Assembly: GCA_964634875.1 (NCBI GenBank)
Contig: CAZWKA010000002.1
Location: 15,590 to 79,589, forward strand
Reading direction: 5' to 3'
Origin: an uncultured Gammaproteobacteria bacterium
GTDB taxonomy: Bacteria > Patescibacteriota > Patescibacteriia > Magasanikbacterales > GWA2-37-8
Length of the DNA: 64,000 nt
The first letter of the stretch is position 1. The number at the start of each line of letters is the position of its first letter. Of this stretch, positions 55,200 through 63,987 are shown piece by piece. The translations under genes and the position numbers were made by a program. The notes under the pieces are model-generated. The model made no database searches. It was not told the DNA's origin and saw nothing but the letters and a program-made list of their open reading frames with translations.

Positions 55200-56237
55200 T
55201 TAAAGCTCAGGAACCTCTTCTTTATGCAAGATTTCTTCAATAGCTGCTATAGAAAGCTTGGGTTGGTCAACAGTTGAAAACTCCTTATAGTCCGTTTTAT
55301 GGGCGCCCGGGTAACTAGCCGCAATTTGGGCACTTTCGGCATCTGCACCGACTACCGGGGTAATAATAAACATGTCTTCAGTTTCCAGCGCATAATCAGC
55401 TTCTTCACTACTGAGGAGCTTCTCGTTTATCCGCTCCCCGTTCTTTTTCCCGACAAATTTAATTTCTACGTCTTCAGGTTTACGGTTAAACTTGGGCGCA
55501 AAAATATTGCTCAGTGCACGGGCGAGGTCAACAATCTTGAGGGCCGGCATCTTAAGGATAAAAATTTCCCGGTCACGCATGAGGGTGGTCGCCTTAAAGA
55601 TAAGCTGTACCGCCTGCGTCGTTGACATAACAAAACGGGCCATGTGTTCGTCAGTAACCGTGAGCGGGCCACCCTTTTTAATCTGTTCCACAAACAAAGG
55701 CAAGACTGAGCCGCGAGAGAAGAGTACATTACCAAAACGAACAAAACAAAATTTGGTTTCCTTTTTTCCTTTATAAAAATAAGAAGCAAGCATGATTTTT
55801 TCTGCCAACAGCTTGGTGCAACCCATAACATTCGTCGGATCGGTCGCTTTGTCCGTTGAAATACCAATTACTTTTTCAACTTTATTGGCAAAAGCACAAT
55901 CAATCACGTTTTGTGTCCCGTAGACATTTGTTTTTACTGCTTCAAACGGGTTTTTTTCACACGATATGACGTGCTTAAGGGCTGCCGCATGAAAAACGAT
56001 ATCTACGTTTTCCATAGCCAAATTTAAACGCTCCTTGTCGCGGATGTCCCCAATAAGCATGTTGATCCCCGGACGATTGCCTAAGCGGTGGAGCAACTCA
56101 AATTGTTTGGTTTCGTCCCGGCTATAGATACGGATTTGGCGCGGTTCATATTTAAGGAGTTCTTCAACAATTTTCGAACCAATCGAACCTGTTCCGCCGG
56201 TAACTAGAATTGTTTTTCCTTTAAATTCATTAAGCAT
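55200..56237 (-). CDS. NDP-GlcNAc 4,6-dehydratase (CapD/PseB-like, Polysacc_synt_2)
   Basis: TGGTGSIG, HAAALKHV, ISTDKA, MGCTK, RFGNVL.SRGSV. Confidence 0.88.
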   Translation of the reverse strand: MLNEFKGKTILVTGGTGSIGSKIVEELLKYEPRQIRIYSRDETKQFELLHRLGNRPGINMLIGDIRDKERLNLAMENVDIVFHAAALKHVISCEKNPFEAVKTNVYGTQNVIDCAFANKVEKVIGISTDKATDPTNVMGCTKLLAEKIMLASYFYKGKKETKFCFVRFGNVLFSRGSVLPLFVEQIKKGGPLTVTDEHMARFVMSTTQAVQLIFKATTLMRDREIFILKMPALKIVDLARALSNIFAPKFNRKPEDVEIKFVGKKNGERINEKLLSSEEADYALETEDMFIITPVVGADAESAQIAASYPGAHKTDYKEFSTVDQPKLSIAAIEEILHKEEVPEL

Positions 56238-57351
56238 ACTCCTCAAGCGTAGAAATTAATTGTTTACAAATAAGTGCAATATCTTGTTTAGTAAGGCCGA
56301 TGTAAAACGGCAAGGCAATTGTCCGGTCGCTAATACTTTCAGAAATTGGATAGCTCCCCGGTTTAAAGCCCAGGCTACGACGGTAAAAATCAAATAAGTG
56401 TATTGATGGAAGGTACGGTTTGCTGGCAACACCGCGAGTACTCAAGCCCTTGATTACGCCGTCACGTTTAGCCCGCTTATTCTTGATTGCAACCACATAG
56501 ACAAACCAGGTATGGGTATTGCCCTTTTTAGTCTTAGGGACATCAACAAAATCAGCAAAGGGCCGAAGAGCGGCTTCGTACCAGGCGGCGATCTTTTGGC
56601 GCTCTTTAACCATCCAGTCCAGGCGTTTAAGCTGTACCAGGCCGAGGGCAGCGCTCATTTCGTCCATGCGGTAATTGTAGCCAAGATACTGGTGGTCAAG
56701 CCACTGCATGTTAGCACCTCTTCCTTGATTTGCCAAGCTTTTACACTGCTCAGCGACCTTTTTGCTATTGGTTACGATCATGCCACCTTCACCGGTAGTC
56801 ATCTGCTTATTAGGGTAAAAAGCGAAGACTGCTGACTCACCAAAAGTACCTGTTTTCTTGCCCTGATAAGTTGCCCCAATACTTTCACAGGCATCTTCCA
56901 TAATTTTGAGCTTATGCTTTTTGGCGATCTGCTGGATAGGCTTCATATCCGCCGACTGTCCAAAAATATGCACGACCAAAATAGCCTTGGTTTTAGGAGT
57001 TATAGCTTGTTCTATAAGAGCTGGATCAAGATTGTAGGTAACCGGGTCAATATCAACAAATACCGGTTTTGCACCAACGTATAAAATGCAGTTGCCAGAT
57101 GCCACGAATGAAAAAGGTGTTGTTACCACCTCATCCCCTACCCCTATACCCGCAGCAATCATAGCCAGGTGCAGTCCAGACGTGCCACTACTAACTGCCA
57201 CCGCATATTTGGTGCCAATTTTTTTAGCAAAGGCCTTTTCAAACTCCTGGTATACTGGACCCAAGCTGAGGTGTCCGCTTTTAAGCACTTTAACCACGGC
57301 ATTAATTTCTTCTTGTTTAATATACGGTTTGGCGAGAGGAAATTTTTTCAT
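56230..57351 (-). CDS. DegT/DnrJ/EryC1/StrS sugar aminotransferase
   Basis: SSGTSGLH, EDACES, FYPNKQMTTGEGG, GYNYRM. Confidence 0.92.
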   Translation of the reverse strand: MKKFPLAKPYIKQEEINAVVKVLKSGHLSLGPVYQEFEKAFAKKIGTKYAVAVSSGTSGLHLAMIAAGIGVGDEVVTTPFSFVASGNCILYVGAKPVFVDIDPVTYNLDPALIEQAITPKTKAILVVHIFGQSADMKPIQQIAKKHKLKIMEDACESIGATYQGKKTGTFGESAVFAFYPNKQMTTGEGGMIVTNSKKVAEQCKSLANQGRGANMQWLDHQYLGYNYRMDEMSAALGLVQLKRLDWMVKERQKIAAWYEAALRPFADFVDVPKTKKGNTHTWFVYVVAIKNKRAKRDGVIKGLSTRGVASKPYLPSIHLFDFYRRSLGFKPGSYPISESISDRTIALPFYIGLTKQDIALICKQLISTLEEYA

Positions 57352-57360
57352 AGTCTAAAA

Positions 57361-58164
57361 TTATTTTTTAGCTAACAGTTCTGCAATATACTTAAGCGTT
57401 GTTTCATCAATAAGGTTAAACTTTTCACCTTTAATTTCCAGGTATGCCCCAAGATGTGGCGGGAAAAAGAACGCGCGAATTTTACGATGAATTTGATCGA
57501 GTGAATCCTTAGAGGGGTCAATGCGTTTGAACTCGTCAAGCTGAGGAGCGGTTAAATAGAGACCGCCCTCGTTGGGGAGCAATTTAAACTTTTTGTTGCC
57601 CACAAAAGAAGTAATCACGTTTTTAAACAGCTCGACTAATTTTTCCTGAGTTTTTTGTTCTAAAGCAATAACCGTTACTGATTCTGGCTTAATAGGAAAA
57701 TTAAGAACCTTAATAATTTTGCCACTATCAAAAGTCTCACCGTCAATAAAATGAGCCGACACGCCAAAAGTCTTACGTTGTTCAAGGATGGCCGTATTGT
57801 AACCCGCCCGGCTTTTATAATCAGGTAAGGGGGCAGGGTGAAAATTTATACAACCTTTTGTTCCCAGCTCGATCAACGGAAGTTTAATTTTTTTCCAGAA
57901 TAAATACGAGATGACCAGGTCAACATTCTGTAACCGCTTGTCATTGCGTTCAATAAGCTTATAGAGCGGGGCATCGTCTGTATAAAAAAGGATCCTTTTT
58001 GCTTGAGCAATTTTTTGCAGCTCCTTTTTGGCCGGATCGCTTGGGTGCGTAACAATAGCCGCAATTGCTATTTCTTGTTTAAACAAAAATTGGACACATT
58101 CAAGCGCACTTACCTTGCGGCACAGTAAAATCACTTTTTTAATACCGGGTTTTTTAGGCGACAT
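57361..58164 (-). CDS. Sugar N-formyltransferase (formyl_trans_N family)
   Basis: INFHPAPLPDYK, GVSAHFID...FDSG; inside the sugar operon and distinct from fmt. Confidence 0.8.
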   Translation of the reverse strand: MSPKKPGIKKVILLCRKVSALECVQFLFKQEIAIAAIVTHPSDPAKKELQKIAQAKRILFYTDDAPLYKLIERNDKRLQNVDLVISYLFWKKIKLPLIELGTKGCINFHPAPLPDYKSRAGYNTAILEQRKTFGVSAHFIDGETFDSGKIIKVLNFPIKPESVTVIALEQKTQEKLVELFKNVITSFVGNKKFKLLPNEGGLYLTAPQLDEFKRIDPSKDSLDQIHRKIRAFFFPPHLGAYLEIKGEKFNLIDETTLKYIAELLAKK

Positions 58165-59299
58165 ACTTTTTTGGCTGCAAACGAGGATTAAAAAGTTCTT
58201 TTTCGAGGATACGGACAATTTGCTTACCTGCTTTTCCTTGTCCGTACGGATGGACGGCAGCGCGCGCTTTCTTTTGGAAAGCCGGAGTCAAGGCAAGCGT
58301 CAGCGCCTTTTTAATTTCCTTTTCGTCATAACCAACATGCATAACATTTTTACCGCATTCTCTCCCCTCCTGGCGACGGCCGATGTTAATTACCGGGCGA
58401 TGAAAAAAAGTCGACTCAATAATTCCGGAACTAGAGTTACCTACCAGTACATCAGCGTACTTTAAAAGGCTCAAATATACTTTTCGATGGACGTTAGGGA
58501 AAACATGCCAATCATTTTGTTTTTCCCTGGCCTTGAACTCACCAATAATAATCGCACTACCTGTATCTGTATTCGGATAAATAGCAATTTTTTCGCCAAT
58601 AAAACTTTTGAGGGCAGCAAGCGTTGGTTTAATTTGTTTATCGACAGAAACGGCATCAAGCGGAGCAGAATGCTGCAATAGCAAAAACCATTTTTGCTGA
58701 GGATCAAGTCGAAGTTGCTCGGCAAGTTCTTGGCGGCTAAAATATTCCATGCTTGCCAAGTCGTCGATTCCAGGCGCCCCCACCGTATGAATACGCCAGG
58801 CTTCTTCACCGATTTTTTTGATGTTCTGACTGCTCCGTTTAGAAACAGCAAAATGCAGATGGGCAAATTTGGTTATTGCACTCCGAATAGCATCGTCGAC
58901 TACTCCGGCAGTAATGTCGCCCCCGTGAATATGGGCGAGAGGAATTCCTAAATGTCCAGCTACAATGGCCGCAGCAAAAGGTTCGTCCCGATCGCCCAGG
59001 ACAAGCATTGCATCTGGTTTATTTTTGAGACAATAGGCTTCAATACCTTCAATTTCCTTAGCGAGGGCGGTGCTCATGGTATCGTTAACCGCAATCGGTA
59101 CGACGGCATCAATAGCTCGCTTATCCTGGCGGATATCGTTAATGGTTTCCCCGTACTTCTTTAAAGTATGCATACCCGTTACGAGCAAGCGCATTTCTAA
59201 AACCAAACTTTTTGAGAGTTCAACCATGCTCGATTTGAGCAGTCCATATTCAGCACGAGTACCTGTTATGACTAAAACTACTTTTTTATTTTTTTTCAT
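58154..59299 (-). CDS. neuC: Hydrolysing NDP-N-acetylglucosamine/bacillosamine 2-epimerase (NeuC/LegG)
   Basis: TGTRAEYG, LGDR, HIHGGD, GNSSSGIIE, IG.RQ.GRE. Confidence 0.9.
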   Translation of the reverse strand: MKKNKKVVLVITGTRAEYGLLKSSMVELSKSLVLEMRLLVTGMHTLKKYGETINDIRQDKRAIDAVVPIAVNDTMSTALAKEIEGIEAYCLKNKPDAMLVLGDRDEPFAAAIVAGHLGIPLAHIHGGDITAGVVDDAIRSAITKFAHLHFAVSKRSSQNIKKIGEEAWRIHTVGAPGIDDLASMEYFSRQELAEQLRLDPQQKWFLLLQHSAPLDAVSVDKQIKPTLAALKSFIGEKIAIYPNTDTGSAIIIGEFKAREKQNDWHVFPNVHRKVYLSLLKYADVLVGNSSSGIIESTFFHRPVINIGRRQEGRECGKNVMHVGYDEKEIKKALTLALTPAFQKKARAAVHPYGQGKAGKQIVRILEKELFNPRLQPKKYVA

Positions 59300-60363
59300 A
59301 CCAAATCTTCTGTTTTAATAAGGGTGTCCGCTGGGATATCGTGCACTGCTTTTTTACCAACCACACTGTCAATTTCTGTTGGCGGGATGCCGTAACCCGG
59401 GCGCTTCATGATTAAATCTTCCAACTTAATTTCACTGCCAGCGGCAATACTATTTTTGCTAATAATGCTCTTACGGGCAATGGTTTTAATGGAAATTTCT
59501 TCAGGAGTACACTGCTTTTCAAAACTGCCAAGCATAACTTCCGCGTCGCGAATCGCTGCCACCATCGCTTTAAGTTCAGCCGGGTCAAGTGAAGCTTTGT
59601 GGTCTGGGCCTTCCATATTTTTATCGAGCGTATAATGTTTTTCAATGACCGTCGAACCCAGTGCGGTAGCGACGATATCCGCAACGATGCCGGTACTTCC
59701 GTTGTCGGAATAACCTACTGTTACATCATACGGCTCCAGTTCTTTACGGAGCGTGGTAATAACATTTAAATTAAGACTGCCAAAACTTGGTGGATAGTTG
59801 GACGTGCTATGCAAAACGATAATATCGTGGTTACCCATTGCCTTAATTTCTTTTACGGCACAGATGGTTTCTGGCAGATCAGCCATACCAGTCGAAACGA
59901 TCATCGGCTTGCCTTTTTTGGCAATGTGCCTCAGGTACGGAATGTTGTTAATTTCACCGGACGGAATTTTGTAAGCGGCAATATTGAGTGTTTCTAAAAA
60001 GTCAGCATTAGCTTCAGCAAAGGGAGTGGAGAGAAAAATAATGCCTTTTTGTTTACAGTAATCAATCAAAATTTGATGGTACTCACTTTTGAGTTCCAAA
60101 CGCTTGAGCATGTCGAACTGCGATTCAGTCTTACCAATATTGCGGGTTTGGTATTCGGCCTGTTCCGCAGTACCGGTAACAAGGAGCTCAGCAGTAAACG
60201 TTTGGAATTTTACTGCGTCAGCACCGGCTTCAACAGCTACATCAACTAATTTTTTAGCCAGTTCAAGGTCGCCGTTATTATTAACACCAGCTTCAGCAAT
60301 AATGAAAACCGGCTCACCATGGCCAATTGTTTTTCCTCCAATTACAATCTTTTTTGAGGTCAT
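59296..60363 (-). CDS. neuB: Nonulosonate synthase (NeuB/LegI family) with SAF domain
   Basis: FIIAEAGVN, ADAVKFQTF, STPF, KIPSG, STGM, IEKH.TLD, GPDH.ASL, ARKSI, KRPG.GI. Confidence 0.9.
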   Translation of the reverse strand: MTSKKIVIGGKTIGHGEPVFIIAEAGVNNNGDLELAKKLVDVAVEAGADAVKFQTFTAELLVTGTAEQAEYQTRNIGKTESQFDMLKRLELKSEYHQILIDYCKQKGIIFLSTPFAEANADFLETLNIAAYKIPSGEINNIPYLRHIAKKGKPMIVSTGMADLPETICAVKEIKAMGNHDIIVLHSTSNYPPSFGSLNLNVITTLRKELEPYDVTVGYSDNGSTGIVADIVATALGSTVIEKHYTLDKNMEGPDHKASLDPAELKAMVAAIRDAEVMLGSFEKQCTPEEISIKTIARKSIISKNSIAAGSEIKLEDLIMKRPGYGIPPTEIDSVVGKKAVHDIPADTLIKTEDLV

Positions 60364-60510
60364 ATAACTTACATAGATAAAAACAACTGGCTCAAAAAGT
60401 ATAGCATTTTGCTTTAAAATAGGCAATAATCTCCTTTATAAACAGAAGAGGCCGCATCACTCGGAACCGAAGTTCCGTAGGTGCGGCCTGGGGAAGTGAT
60501 ATTTTTTCTT

Positions 60511-61230
60511 CTACGGAAGGGGGAACGGGAAGGTCTCGATGCCGTCGCCGAGGCCGTCCTCGGCCCATTCCTTCTTCACGCGCTCCATGTACGAGCGGAG
60601 ATAGGCAAAGCGCTCGCGAGCCATCTGCTTGGCCCGTGACAGGCGCAGGCCAAACGTTCCGCTCTCCCACTCGCAGTTGTGGTCGATGTCGCGCAGGACG
60701 GAACCAGGCTCGCGGAAGCTGACACCAGGCTCGTGCAGCAGGTAAGGGCTGACCGCGGGCTTATCATGGTAGAACTGTCCAGCCCGCATTACGACTTCTG
60801 CTCCAACCCCAACGTATCGGTCAGCGTCACGGAGCGCCTGGAGCGTGATCGGATCGCCCTCGAAGTTCCCCTGATCGTGCGCGAGCACATCGGCGATGAC
60901 GAGGGGCCAATCCGCCCGGTTGATCCGCGGTTCGGCCGAGAGCCAGTCGGTGATGAGCGCCGCGACTTTGTCCCGGTGAACGTCCTTGCGGTGACCAGCG
61001 TGCATCGTATACTGGAGGACGCGGTCGGCATTGTGACAGAAGCCGCCAGCCATGGCCAGGTTCAGGATGCGTTCGTCCACGTCCCCAACGAGCAGTCGCC
61101 CCGCCACATCTGCGACGCGGGCAGCGTGCAGAAAATCGTGAGCACCACCGGTGATGCCCACGCTGTAGTGGCCAACGCGTACCGCGCGGGCCAGGTCAGG
61201 CAAACGGTCCCAAGCTCTTTGTTCCGACAT
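60511..61230 (-). CDS. HD-superfamily phosphohydrolase-like orphan (HN variant), high GC
   Basis: HDFLHAARV, FCHNAD, LAHD, LRDADR; promoter TTGACA-17-TATTTT at 61317-61345, SD AAGGAG, hairpin at 60448-60490. Confidence 0.7.
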   Translation of the reverse strand: MSEQRAWDRLPDLARAVRVGHYSVGITGGAHDFLHAARVADVAGRLLVGDVDERILNLAMAGGFCHNADRVLQYTMHAGHRKDVHRDKVAALITDWLSAEPRINRADWPLVIADVLAHDQGNFEGDPITLQALRDADRYVGVGAEVVMRAGQFYHDKPAVSPYLLHEPGVSFREPGSVLRDIDHNCEWESGTFGLRLSRAKQMARERFAYLRSYMERVKKEWAEDGLGDGIETFPFPLP

Positions 61231-61547
61231 ACTCTCTTCTCCTTTGGAGAAATGGTCGACGGATGTCCTCCTCAGCGACTATGCACCCACTGCACAAGCC
61301 GCAGAAAGAACATAGTAAAATACTTGAAAAACTCACTTTTGTCAAGTAGTGAGACCTAAAAACAATGTAAAAAAACAACTGTTGGTTCGGGAAACAATGA
61401 GATGCTCGACGTACCCCACGGCTCAGAGAAGACGTGCTTCCGTTTTTTTCTTAAAATCATTGAGGGCACCCCGTTACTAAAACTTTACACTGACCTAGAA
61501 CTCCTCAAACAAAAATTTAAAAATAGCTCTAGCAACTACGAACCTTT

Positions 61548-62243
61548 TTAAAAAATTTCAAAATGAATTTTATTTTCTAAAACACCTTGTTGGAACAGGT
61601 CTAAACGGATTTTTTTTACTTTTTCCAACTGGCCACACAAATAGAAATCGGCACTTTGTTCGAGCAGCTGCTTAAGGGAGCTTTCTTCAATTAAATGGGT
61701 CGTATCTGCACTTTCTTCCCCGTCAGTAAACACAATATCATATTTGAATGCAGGATTGGCGGCGCTGAGTGACTCAAGCATGCTCTCCCAGAGCACCGTT
61801 TCATTTTTCCCAATAACCGCAAATAAAGAAATATGTTGTGCGTTATTCAGTAATAACTGCTCTTTTACCATACTGACAAGCGGAGCCAGGCCAGTTCCAA
61901 ACCCAATAAATACCTTACAAGGTGCATGATTCAAAGAACATACAAAATTACCATACGGCCCATCAAAAAAAACCGGACTGCCAATTTTTAATTTAGAAAA
62001 GTAAGTGGCTGATTGCCCCTGAGGCGAGAAAAAAGCACAGAAATCAAGGGTGCTTTCCTTAGGTGACGAAGTAATTGAGTAGGAACGAACAGAAGCTTTA
62101 CCTTCTCCATCAAGCATTCGTAACTGTATATACTGACCGGCCATAAAAGTAAAATTTGCCGGTTTAGCAAAAGAAAATAAAAAAATATTTTCTATGGCCA
62201 TTGATAAATTTAAGAGTGTACTACTAAAAACAGGTTCTCCCAT
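61548..62243 (-). CDS. FNR-like FAD/NAD(P)H-dependent oxidoreductase
   Basis: F.AGQY, RSYSITS, GPYG, G.GTGLAP, YLCG, C-terminal HFEIF. Confidence 0.88.
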   Translation of the reverse strand: MGEPVFSSTLLNLSMAIENIFLFSFAKPANFTFMAGQYIQLRMLDGEGKASVRSYSITSSPKESTLDFCAFFSPQGQSATYFSKLKIGSPVFFDGPYGNFVCSLNHAPCKVFIGFGTGLAPLVSMVKEQLLLNNAQHISLFAVIGKNETVLWESMLESLSAANPAFKYDIVFTDGEESADTTHLIEESSLKQLLEQSADFYLCGQLEKVKKIRLDLFQQGVLENKIHFEIF

Positions 62244-62251
62244 ACAAGAAA

Positions 62252-63157
62252 TTAGCGGAGCCAAGGACGGATAGCGTCTTTTACTAACCAAAAAAGATAA
62301 AGACCGGGAATTTTTGACGCCAAATAATTATACCAATAATGGACAATATGATAGTTGTTAATGACTCCCACCGGTGGATTCGTGTGCGTACCAATAATAA
62401 TATCTCCCGTCTTTTTATCAGAATGAAAAAAAAGCGTTGCAAAGGTATGGCCCCGATGATGTACCGTTAACGATCCCCGACCACCTGTCTGGTCGAGCAA
62501 CTTTTTACCTTCTTCGCCGAAAACTTGATCAACATCAATCAAGAAGGTTCCGTAAGGATTGGCAGATAACTCAGGCCCTCGTACAGTCGCACCATGCAAA
62601 TTATGCAGCACCGGCACAACCTTCGCAGTATCAGCATAGCCCGCTTCAGAGGAATGATTGAAAAAAATAACCATCGTTTTTTCTGTTTCCGAGCTTAGCA
62701 CAGCCGGACAGTACATGAGGTACGTTTGCTTTTCTTTTCTACCTGTAACATTAAGGCGTGTTGAACCGCCAAGACCGATATGGCAAATACTTTTTTTGAC
62801 TGGGGAAGACCACAAACAAACTAAATCCTTTTGGGTTAAGTCTTCACTGGTAAGGTCGATAGGGTGGACAATGCCCAAAATGCTGCCTTGAAAATCTGAT
62901 ACACCCAACTTGCCCAATTCTTCTCGCGCATTGAATATGATCGACTCGCCTGCCCCCAGGCAATGAACCTGCGGCTCGTAACGCACCACCTCACTCCCAT
63001 CAAGATGAAAAATAAAGAAAACTATTTCTTCTCTGCCTGAGCTAGCATTCTGATAGGCAAATTCATTTTGCTGGTGGGGGGCCTCAAGATGAATATAGCT
63101 CGAAAAGAAACATTTATAATCATGGCTCAGAAAAGAATTTAGCAACGGTTGATACAT
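62252..63157 (-). CDS. Hypothetical two-domain beta-rich protein
   Basis: Long ORF with native start context; distant paralog of 63184-63987. Confidence 0.7.
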   Translation of the reverse strand: MYQPLLNSFLSHDYKCFFSSYIHLEAPHQQNEFAYQNASSGREEIVFFIFHLDGSEVVRYEPQVHCLGAGESIIFNAREELGKLGVSDFQGSILGIVHPIDLTSEDLTQKDLVCLWSSPVKKSICHIGLGGSTRLNVTGRKEKQTYLMYCPAVLSSETEKTMVIFFNHSSEAGYADTAKVVPVLHNLHGATVRGPELSANPYGTFLIDVDQVFGEEGKKLLDQTGGRGSLTVHHRGHTFATLFFHSDKKTGDIIIGTHTNPPVGVINNYHIVHYWYNYLASKIPGLYLFWLVKDAIRPWLR

Positions 63158-63183
63158 AGCAGATTTCTGAATTAGATAAATGA

Positions 63184-63987
63184 TTACAAATGTTCACCAA
63201 ACATTTGTTCGCCGTCAGAAAATAACATAAATGGCTTTGGAAGAAAATTTTCACCCAAAATTTTAATGGTAAAGGGTTTGTCTGAAATATGCTCCGCTAA
63301 TTGAGGAATCTCTTTGAACAGATCAATCATGTGGCAAGCGCCCGGTTTGAGCGGTTCAATATCCTTGGAAATTTCCTCATTCTTAAAATTAAGAAACGTC
63401 AGCTTTGCCTTAGTGCAAGCCCCATGCAAAAACTTGCTAAAATTACACCCGCCAGCAATAAGCAGGTGCGGATGGAATGCGCTAGGCACTACAAGCCCCG
63501 GAGAAATACGTTGGTACGGTTCACCATGTGCGGCGCGCGCCACATGCAGGCTATGTGCCATAATACCAATTGTACTGCCTGGCTGATAGTACTCATTAAA
63601 GAAATCAGTGCTGTGGGCTTGGGGCAAAAAAACTTCATCGGATTGCATGACCACTTGCGCCCTAACTACACCAAAAGCATCAAGCTGTTTGTAAGGAGCA
63701 AGATCAATAATAACGGTTTCATTATCTTTAAAAGTACCTTGGAGCTGTAGAGCAACCTTACCCTGGCGATCTAAACATTCGAGATACCAGCTCGCCGGAA
63801 CACCCGCATCACACAGCAAGTTATAATAATTAGTTAAATATACTTTAGTTTCAAGGCCAAAGGATCCTTTAAAATAATAAGAGCTATTCAATAAACCCAA
63901 TGGTTTCCTTACACGGGATAAAAGAGGATACTGACGAACCGGCTTTAAACGTTCCAAAAAAATTGGATGCGCAGAACTACCAAACAT
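63184..63987 (-). CDS. Hypothetical two-domain beta-rich protein
   Basis: Long ORF with cgtATG start; His motifs HSLH and terminal GEH. Confidence 0.7.
   Translation of the reverse strand: MFGSSAHPIFLERLKPVRQYPLLSRVRKPLGLLNSSYYFKGSFGLETKVYLTNYYNLLCDAGVPASWYLECLDRQGKVALQLQGTFKDNETVIIDLAPYKQLDAFGVVRAQVVMQSDEVFLPQAHSTDFFNEYYQPGSTIGIMAHSLHVARAAHGEPYQRISPGLVVPSAFHPHLLIAGGCNFSKFLHGACTKAKLTFLNFKNEEISKDIEPLKPGACHMIDLFKEIPQLAEHISDKPFTIKILGENFLPKPFMLFSDGEQMFGEHL

Noticed and set aside
57361-58164. Second methionyl-tRNA formyltransferase
   Set aside because: Canonical fmt is at 4643; this protein lacks the TQPD and SLLP.YRG signatures and overlaps sugar-pathway genes
160-63750. Many short antisense or alternate-frame ORFs in the track (for example 10119-10679, 13096-13422, 16861-17097, 60679-61359)
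   Set aside because: They shadow well-supported genes and have no motifs or expression signals; long shadows are expected in GC-rich genes
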